From a virus (Duplodnaviria > Caudoviricetes): DNA of 55,773 nt. The stretch covers positions 1-55,773 of the IMG/VR virus record IMGVR_UViG_3300047564_005519, one strand, 5' to 3'. The translations under genes and the position numbers were made by a program. This document shows positions 18,555-27,300 of this stretch, in pieces. Position 1 is the first letter of the stretch, and each line of letters starts with the position of its first letter. The notes under the pieces were generated by a model, which ran no database searches, was not told where the DNA came from, and worked only from the letters and a program-made list of their open reading frames with translations.

Positions 18555-19757
18555 ATGACAAATAGTTATACTGTAGTTCAGCGTACTATTGTGCGAGCTC
18601 CAAATATGGCAGAAGCTAAAAAACTTTCTGAAGGAGCAGCTGGCGTAGGTGAAATCTTATCGAATGAATCTTCGATAGAAGAGTCTACTGATAGGGCTCA
18701 GAAAGCTCTTGCTTTAGAATTATGGGCAGACGAAATTGAGGAATCTAATCCAGTTATTGATGGATCTATTACTCTAGATTTCTTAAGAGCTGAAAATAAG
18801 AGATTAAGCAGACTAGCTGATAAGTATAAGAATGTTTCAAATGAAGCTACTGCAGCTGTTTATGGCGCTGCTTTTGACGCATTTAGCAGCTTTGAGCTAC
18901 CAAAGATTAAAAAGCCACTTTTTGCTAGAAGCTCAAAAGTTTCAGAAACTGCAGTAGCCGTTTTTGCCGACTGGCAATTAGGTAAGGTTACGCCAGATTA
19001 CAATTCTGAAGTAGCAGCAAAAAGAATTGAACAGTATACTGAAAAGCTATTAGAGATAACTGAGATTCAGCGAGCTCATCATCCAGTAAAAGACCTACAT
19101 GTTTGGCTACTTGGCGATATCGTTGAGGGTGAGGAAATCTTTCCGGGCCAAAGTCATCTAATTGATTCGGGACTATATCGTCAAGTTGGCGTAAATGGTC
19201 CTGATATTCTATGCAATTTCTTAGCTACAGCATTAGAAAATTTTGAACATGTTCATGTTACTGGCGTAATTGGAAACCATGGTTCAGTTGGTGGCAGAAA
19301 TCGTCGTCAGTATGATCCGGAAACCAATATGGATAGACTTCTATATAAGATTGTGAGCCTTGTCTTTAATAAAGAAGACAGAATTTCTTTTAATATTCCA
19401 GATGGTCGTGGTGAAAGAAATTGGTATGCAGTAGATGATATTGGAAACTATAGTACCTTACTAATACATGGTGATCAACTTCCACATCCTAGCTCGGTAT
19501 CTGGTTACTATAAAAGAGTATTGGGCTGGAAAGATGGTGCAATCCCAGAGCATTTTGATGATGTTTTTATGGGTCATTATCATCAGCAATTTAAGATTAC
19601 TATAGGTTCAACTGTTTTACGTGTTTCAGGATCTCCTGAAAGCTACAACACATATGCGCAAGAGTATTTTAATTCCATGAGCAGACCATGCCAACATCTA
19701 ATGTTTGTGCACCCTGATCAGGGAATTACATCAGAATATTCTATTTGGTTAGATTGA
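18555..19757 (+). CDS. calcineurin-like metallophosphoesterase with N-terminal accessory module and coiled coil
   Basis: All five motifs are visible: ADWQLG, GDIVEGE, GNHG, IHGDQ and GHYH. Confidence 0.85.
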   Translation: MTNSYTVVQRTIVRAPNMAEAKKLSEGAAGVGEILSNESSIEESTDRAQKALALELWADEIEESNPVIDGSITLDFLRAENKRLSRLADKYKNVSNEATAAVYGAAFDAFSSFELPKIKKPLFARSSKVSETAVAVFADWQLGKVTPDYNSEVAAKRIEQYTEKLLEITEIQRAHHPVKDLHVWLLGDIVEGEEIFPGQSHLIDSGLYRQVGVNGPDILCNFLATALENFEHVHVTGVIGNHGSVGGRNRRQYDPETNMDRLLYKIVSLVFNKEDRISFNIPDGRGERNWYAVDDIGNYSTLLIHGDQLPHPSSVSGYYKRVLGWKDGAIPEHFDDVFMGHYHQQFKITIGSTVLRVSGSPESYNTYAQEYFNSMSRPCQHLMFVHPDQGITSEYSIWLD

Positions 19758-19776
19758 TTAATAAGTTAGGATTATA

Positions 19777-22700
19777 ATGAAGCAATATCTATTACTTCTT
19801 AAAAGTTCAGATTTTAATAAAGTAGGAAATATCTGGACAAGTAATCCTATTAATCTTTATGTCAATAGCCAATACAATAATTATTCAAGCGTCAGGTCAA
19901 TTTACGGTTTAAATCTTATTGGTGACAGAACTTATGTTGGAGTGGAACAAACATCACCCTCACTAGTAGGTGATGAAAGCACTCCTTATTCGCAATATGC
20001 GACTTATGTCACCGATGCCGGTGAGGTTGTGTATGATCCAGCAACACCAGAAATTGTTAGATTTGTTGATACCACTTCTCGTATTGATATATTAAGCTAT
20101 CGACATGCGTTCACTAATCTTACTGGGAATATTGTACCAACTTTTAATTTAACGGTTTACGAATCTGATGAAGAAAATGGTCCTTGGATGATCTCATCCA
20201 TTTCTTCAGATTCTAATATTATTTTTATCCGTAATTCAAAACCATTCATTAAGATCGAGTTAGAGATCTTCGCTGATGAACTAGATCTAACAACAATTGG
20301 TCTTGTATTCTACCTGGAAATAGGTATATATGAAATAACTTCACCAGTTATTTCTAAGTCAGCTAAAAATATTTTAAAAAGATTTCCTTCATGGACCAGC
20401 ATATACGCTGACTCTGTTGATTCGACACCTTCTTTGCAAGTTCCAAATTCTGTCGGTGGAAAACTTATAACTTCACTCTTGCAAGAAAGTCTAGATGACA
20501 TCAATAGTGAAATTGAATTATATAATATAAATAATTTTATTGACAGCGCCAATGAAAGTCAAATAGCTTGGGCTTATGTATCATATAACGTTCCTCAAAA
20601 TGTAAACACAATTTTTGGGGATGGAGTTGAGCTTTCAAGAGTTAGTACCTTTAATGAGTTACTTGACTCAAGGATCACAGATTATATCTTCTACTATAGT
20701 CCATTTGATCGTCAATTATTTACGATTAGAAACTTTGGAATATTATTAGTTAATGGTAGCTCTTTTGAGCAGGAGCCTATTAATATCTTTAATGATTTTG
20801 ATGAGTTTGGAGCCAGAGTCGGCTTGCCACGACTTTATCTAGAATCTAATTCTAATTTTAAGAAGAGAATTTTTGACGTAACCGCTAATATCCCTGCTGC
20901 TAATTCTGAAGGATTTAAAAGAACTCTTAGAAGAGAGTTAGATTTATGGAGAGCCTATGGAGCTACTCCTGATTCAAACTATCTTGGAGCCACTCCAGAA
21001 GTTTTAGAGATTTCTGATCTTGAGTTGTCAACACCATATTTCAACGATGCCGGTGTTCCACAAAAAGAGTTTAAAACATTTGTTAAGAATTTGAATGAAA
21101 AATATCCATCAAATTGGGGCTACGTTAGTTGGGGTAATGGTATTTGGGACTACGCTGGCAAAATTGGAGACGGTGTTGCTCGTGTACCAGCTGTGTATGA
21201 TACTAATTTAGAAACACTTGGAGATCTTTATCAGCCAGGTGTTGGCGATTTTGATGACGCTAAGATAATGCTAGTTCCTTCAGAAGCAGCTACTGTATCT
21301 TTTGAAGGTAACGCAAAAATTGATGGATGGATTAGAACATCTCTTAAAGATGTTTATTCACCCATCTTAGTAGAATATTCTTGGTATGTGAACTATACGG
21401 CTATTGTTCCTGATTATGAGGCAAGTAAAACTGGTGTTGCTTTAGTTTATGAGGTGAGTCTTCCTCCTCATGGCAATTCTGCTACACCTAGTGTTTTTTA
21501 TTCAAATTTGAATTATCAAGACAGATCAGACTTTTATGTTGGTAATCATTTCTTTGACACCTCGACAGCTAGTCCTGAGGGGTCTTTTATAAGAATCTTT
21601 GATGATGAGGGAATGAGTTTAGACGAAATAGTCTTTAGAGATAAAGTTTACGATCAAGTATATCTCAACACCTCAACATCGCCATCGTATTCTAATATTA
21701 ACGTGTATGATGCGGCGTCTGTTAATTTAGTTTTTGGTAAGAAATGGAATGGATCAACATATGATGATGTTGTCTCTAATGACTATAGAGTATCTTTCTC
21801 GGATTATATTTTAGATTATCATCTAAATCCAATTGCAGGTAGTTCGATAGAACTTTCTTCTCCCAACATTAATAATCTAAATTCATCTATTGTTATAGGC
21901 TCAGATTTATATCCAACTACTCCACAAATTTTTTCTACCAATGTTTTGTCTTCAAGTTTTGTCATCAATGAGCTAAATGATTTAGGATTAAACGGTCGTT
22001 CTACACCAGTTATTTATCCTTCTAATCTTATTAATGGCATTATTATTCCTCACACTGGTGCTACTCCTCATAATCTATATCTTAATACAAAGATTCCAGT
22101 TGTTAGAGCATCAGAGAATACTCAAACAATGCTGCCAGGTGGCATAACTAAGGGTCCGAATGATGTATCTAATACCTTTATTCCATCTTCACCAAATATT
22201 AGGTGGGTTGGATACAATGTTTCTGATGTTGCGGTCACTTCAGAAGATTATTTTGATAGCGCAACAATTAACTATTCAGCTACTCCAGAATACATAAAGG
22301 TATATTCGTCTGATGGAGATCTATATCCACGTACGAGATACTTCTATACTCCATTTACAGCGCAAACAACTCCAAATTTATATAATGGATATATTGATGA
22401 AATTGGAAGAGTTTATAAGGATGAGGATGATTATCAAAATAGCGTTTACTTGATACAGGATAAATATTTAGAAACAATTTCTTTAAATAGGGAATCTTTT
22501 GGGTTATCTGCAGATGTGGACTATATTGTTAACTCATTGTATCTTTCCGCTACACCTGACTATATTATTCCAGAATTCGATAATTTAAACACCGCGTTGA
22601 CTTCTGTTAATGATGGCATATCTAACGATTCATCAAGTGATTTTGATGTATATGTTAATATAAATAACGAGAAAAAGAATCGATATGGTGTTGGAGTTCA

Positions 22701-24321
22701 TTCTGGTTGGATTTCAATTAAAGAAGAAGACGAATATATTTATGTGAACCCAGAAAGTGCAACTGTTAATGGTCAATTCTTTGAAATTGAATTAGATCAT
22801 GAACCAAGAATGTTTGCTCCGTTCATTGCAAAAGTTAATGATACACCTCTAAGAAAGGTTGTCTTTGAGGATTCTGCTACTCCCGGTAAAGCGTCATTCT
22901 GGAATACTGAACTAGTTGATGGTAATTTGAGTAATTCTCTTTATTTAGCTTATGAAAATTTGAGCAATATTTCCGTTAAAGATTCTTATACTGGATATAC
23001 TTTATTTAGTGGATTATCAACTTCAAGTAATATTGTGACACCCTTTAGTGAAGCTACGCCTTCTATTAGTGGACGTGAATATGAAGTAACATATTATGTC
23101 AATGACGCATTCTATGTAGATAAAGATGAGTACGATTCGATTAATGGCACATATTCGTCAAAGGTCTATTTTAGTTCTACTCCAAATATGGCCTCTAACT
23201 ATTATCTTACATATGAAAAAGATTATCAAAATGATTTCATTCCATCCGAACTTTTGATTAATCAAATTGATTTATCAATATATGAAGGATTTATCTATTT
23301 AACAAAAGATGAATTTAACTTTAATGCAGCTGAAGTACATGTAACACCTAAGTTAATATCAGATAATTTAGATGATCTATTATATGTTTCTATTATTTCG
23401 TATGATGAAAACGGAAACTTTAAACCATATCAAACCTTTAGGGTATACGGTGACAATATCACCGCTGAAGATGAATACTTAACTACTAATGTCAATGGTT
23501 TTGCTACAACTGTCGTTAGATATTCTGGCCCAATTCCAGCTGTGATAGACGATGACGTAATTTATGTTGAGGGAATTGGTTCGGCCACTCCTAATGGACA
23601 TGCCAATAGCATGTCTGCCGGATTCTGGAATACTACTAGTTACCAAATTCAAAAATCTAGATCTTTTGATCTTAAGCTTAGAGCAGTTCCTGGTACATTT
23701 AAGTCAGAAACTAATGATACTAATATCATAGGTTTCCAGGGAATAATTGAATGGAAAGATAAGCCATTCGCTCATCAGGTTAATATTTCTTGGTCTCAAG
23801 CAAGAACTCTTTATGATCTTTTTAATTCTCCAATGACAAACAATATTGTTTCTAATTCTGATGGAACTTTTGTTGTTAATGAAGATTTGTTAGCTCATTC
23901 CATTGAAGATCCTGGTCATTGGTTTGTTAGAATTGAAATTACAGATACAGCATCAACAATTTCTTCCATGCTAGCTCTTGATGGTGAGACAATTGATCCT
24001 ACAGATATTACTATTACAGGTGATATTATTTATTGGAATGAAAGATACGATAGTGTCGAGTTTGCTTCAGAAGATGTTCCTCTTCCATATACATTTGTTC
24101 ACGAAAAGCAAGCCAATTCTAATCTTATTGCCACTCCAAACTTTGTATATCAATATTATAATAATGATGGTCCAGTTTTTATTGATGCAACGCCAAATTG
24201 GGAGCCACCACAGTGGGTTCCCTTAAGAAAGTTTGATCAGTATCAAATGCAGATTTTAGGTACTACACCTAGCTATATAGTGGATTATGGAATAATTCAT
24301 CCTGATGGTGGAGAAGAATAA
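19777..24321 (+). CDS. large baseplate wedge / structural protein with recurrent Ala-Thr-Pro motifs
   Basis: FDEFGARVGLPRLYLESNSNFKKRI resembles the wedge (gpI-like) LD-G-GL-R-E-RI motif. The rest is beta-rich. Twelve ATP tripeptides counted by eye. Confidence 0.6.
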   Translation: MKQYLLLLKSSDFNKVGNIWTSNPINLYVNSQYNNYSSVRSIYGLNLIGDRTYVGVEQTSPSLVGDESTPYSQYATYVTDAGEVVYDPATPEIVRFVDTTSRIDILSYRHAFTNLTGNIVPTFNLTVYESDEENGPWMISSISSDSNIIFIRNSKPFIKIELEIFADELDLTTIGLVFYLEIGIYEITSPVISKSAKNILKRFPSWTSIYADSVDSTPSLQVPNSVGGKLITSLLQESLDDINSEIELYNINNFIDSANESQIAWAYVSYNVPQNVNTIFGDGVELSRVSTFNELLDSRITDYIFYYSPFDRQLFTIRNFGILLVNGSSFEQEPINIFNDFDEFGARVGLPRLYLESNSNFKKRIFDVTANIPAANSEGFKRTLRRELDLWRAYGATPDSNYLGATPEVLEISDLELSTPYFNDAGVPQKEFKTFVKNLNEKYPSNWGYVSWGNGIWDYAGKIGDGVARVPAVYDTNLETLGDLYQPGVGDFDDAKIMLVPSEAATVSFEGNAKIDGWIRTSLKDVYSPILVEYSWYVNYTAIVPDYEASKTGVALVYEVSLPPHGNSATPSVFYSNLNYQDRSDFYVGNHFFDTSTASPEGSFIRIFDDEGMSLDEIVFRDKVYDQVYLNTSTSPSYSNINVYDAASVNLVFGKKWNGSTYDDVVSNDYRVSFSDYILDYHLNPIAGSSIELSSPNINNLNSSIVIGSDLYPTTPQIFSTNVLSSSFVINELNDLGLNGRSTPVIYPSNLINGIIIPHTGATPHNLYLNTKIPVVRASENTQTMLPGGITKGPNDVSNTFIPSSPNIRWVGYNVSDVAVTSEDYFDSATINYSATPEYIKVYSSDGDLYPRTRYFYTPFTAQTTPNLYNGYIDEIGRVYKDEDDYQNSVYLIQDKYLETISLNRESFGLSADVDYIVNSLYLSATPDYIIPEFDNLNTALTSVNDGISNDSSSDFDVYVNINNEKKNRYGVGVHSGWISIKEEDEYIYVNPESATVNGQFFEIELDHEPRMFAPFIAKVNDTPLRKVVFEDSATPGKASFWNTELVDGNLSNSLYLAYENLSNISVKDSYTGYTLFSGLSTSSNIVTPFSEATPSISGREYEVTYYVNDAFYVDKDEYDSINGTYSSKVYFSSTPNMASNYYLTYEKDYQNDFIPSELLINQIDLSIYEGFIYLTKDEFNFNAAEVHVTPKLISDNLDDLLYVSIISYDENGNFKPYQTFRVYGDNITAEDEYLTTNVNGFATTVVRYSGPIPAVIDDDVIYVEGIGSATPNGHANSMSAGFWNTTSYQIQKSRSFDLKLRAVPGTFKSETNDTNIIGFQGIIEWKDKPFAHQVNISWSQARTLYDLFNSPMTNNIVSNSDGTFVVNEDLLAHSIEDPGHWFVRIEITDTASTISSMLALDGETIDPTDITITGDIIYWNERYDSVEFASEDVPLPYTFVHEKQANSNLIATPNFVYQYYNNDGPVFIDATPNWEPPQWVPLRKFDQYQMQILGTTPSYIVDYGIIHPDGGEE

Positions 24322-27300
24322 ATGAAGAAATTTGAAAATATTACTTTAGTAGGCAATGAAAAATCTATTAAAGTTGGGAAAAATGTTCCAAATGGATCAA
24401 TAGGTCTTGGACTTTTCTCTATGAAAGATATATCTCCATCTAATAATATTATAATGACTGATTTATCTCAGACTATTCCTGAAAATAAGATTGTTTTAGA
24501 TGGCATTTCTGATCAGGCTAAGATATACATGGCTGATGAACTTGGTTTTCTTCATGATAAAAATGGTAATTATAATTTTCCAACTAATGATTTAACTATT
24601 GGTGATTCTTTTATTAGCAAAAAAATGGAACCTTCAAAATACTTGATTGACGAGTTGATTCCTGAAGATTTTGCTCATCACTATTATATAAGTAGATATT
24701 TTATTCCTTGTCCACCAGCTTTTTCTCTTCTATCTTTGGATCAATGGATTAATACTGATAATTTACAGGGATTAAATTTGAAGGTATTAAATGAGAATGG
24801 ATTTGACTATATAGATCAAGTAACTAAGAGGAGAAAATATAGATTCTTATTGGAGCCATTTAATACGATATCAAATTCAGAAAAATCAGAAATTCCATAT
24901 CGTGTTATTATCCTATTTGATGCAGATAAGCCTTTGAATTTAAAGCTTGTTTACGATAAGGTTGAATGTGATGAAAATGGAGATATGTTTAATATCTTCC
25001 TTAACTATACCGAAACAATTAATTCTATTCCATTGTATACTTCTATTCCAGAGGAATCTTTTGTAATAGATGACAATTATCGAAATGATAAAATTTTTTC
25101 TGTCAAAAAGATTCAAGATAAGTATAACGAAATTGCCTTAAATAAAAATACAGATAGTGGATATCAAGTTGTTGTTCCTAAAAAAGCTTTAGATGATTAT
25201 AGAAGGTTTGAAGGTTTTAACTGGAGATATATTGCCAGAACACGTAAGTCTCTTAATTATCTGAGTATGGATAATTCTGATGAACTTGATTCTTCTATTA
25301 ATGGATTGGCTAAAACTATTAATGTTGGTATTTTGTACAGTAGTCTTTTATCTGATGATGATACAACTATTGGCGCGTATGCATTAAATAGATTAATGAA
25401 TTCTCCCTTTAACTTTGTTAACTACAATTTTGTTAATCCAATTTCTGAACAAAATATTTTAAATGGAACGTTAGACATTGATAAGAATTATAAAGAATAT
25501 TGGAAGTTAGACATAGATGATATTGATAATGATTTAAGTTTATTTGATGTGCTAGTGTGGGTTCCGTCAGCAGCAATTAATGATAATCAGGCCTCTAGAT
25601 TGAGTTCTTTTGTTCAAGCAAATGGAACGTTGATTTTAGATTTTTCTAAAATGTCTACTGGGACTGATGCCTTAGAGACACAAGTTGCAAGTGGAACATC
25701 GATCGATATGCAATTAGTTATAGGTGGAACTTTAACTGGTGAAATTTCAGAATTATCAACCACTTCTGTATTAACGGATTACACAAAGAATGGTGGTTGG
25801 AATTTAGCAACTACAGCTTTTGAAAAAGAATATTATGGAATCTTTGGTTCTAATAAAATTGAAGATGATAGGGCTTATAAGACATATCGCTATTTTGACG
25901 ACACAATAGTTACATCGGAAGAAAACATCTTTCTCAAGATGGGACCAGATACTGAATCTTTAAAGCCTGTTGGAGTAATCATTCCTTATAACTCTAATAC
26001 ATCTTCAGCTCTTGTTCGTGGAAATATTATTGCAACTACTTTCCCATTAATTGACTACTGTAACTCGATATATCAATTAAATAACTATGATAGAGTACAG
26101 GATATAAATAGTGGATTAGTTGATGGCTCAGCCGAAAATGCGGTATATTCCGGAGTCGTTGAAGGTCCAATGAAGTTCCTATTTAACTGCATAACATTCG
26201 CCGCCTACTGTCGTTTACAGGCAAGTTCTGAACTAAGGACTAATAGTAGTCTTTATAATTTTGTGTCAAACTGGAATTCAGGTTGGACATTAAATCAAAA
26301 TGTCTTATTAGACGAGGAAAGAGAAAAATATTTTCTCCCAGTGCCTGATTCAGATGGATTTGGATTTGATATTTTAAAGCAGGATAAACTATTTGATAGA
26401 TATCTTAAAGATATTGAAACTATTTTGCCAGATTATCAGCGTGACAGACTTTCTGATTTAAATTCAGATAATATTGAATTCTTTATTGAAATAACTAATC
26501 CTGATGTGTTTTTGTCCAACTGTATCAGAATAGATCCAAATTCTTTAACTGAAGAGTATAATATTCCAAGCGCATATGATATATATCAGGTTCAAAATCC
26601 AAATATAAAAATTTTAGCACAAACTTTATCAGATTCTCCCTCATTAGAAGTTCCATCTGGTTATGGTGCTTATGTAATTCATGAAAAATCTTTATTAGCA
26701 GCAGATAAAAATCCTCTTCAAAATAGAATGAATGTACTTAATTCATTTAAGGAGTATCCATATTCTTTTGCTACTAGTTATTCTGCTTATCAGGGAACAG
26801 ATAGACCATCTAGCTTCAGTGTAAATAGTACATTAACATATGATGTTGTTTTTAAAGGAACTCATGCTATAAAGACTATAGTATATGGTGCTCCTACTAC
26901 TGAAACTATAAAAGTAACTACTAATAAATTGTGTAAAAATTTTGTTTCTTCAGTTGACAGTGGAACTAAGGTATATGATTCAAGTAATCCATTGAATACA
27001 TTTATTTATACTGGTGACATTAATATACATAAGGATCCAAGAAGCTGGAAAACAACTGCTCCGCTAAAATCTCATGAGTATGTTAAATATATACAATTTA
27101 CTCTCAATAATGCTATTTCTTCTAAACTTGATGTTGATGGATATTATGGTCCAGCAACGACAGCCGCTGCGAAACAGTTTCAAACCTCTAATTCTTTAAG
27201 ATATAAAGATGGAAGCGTAGACAGTGAAACTAAATCTTATTTAGCGTGGTGGTGGAAAAATCTTAAGTCATCAGATTCGGCTAGATATACCAGTATTATA

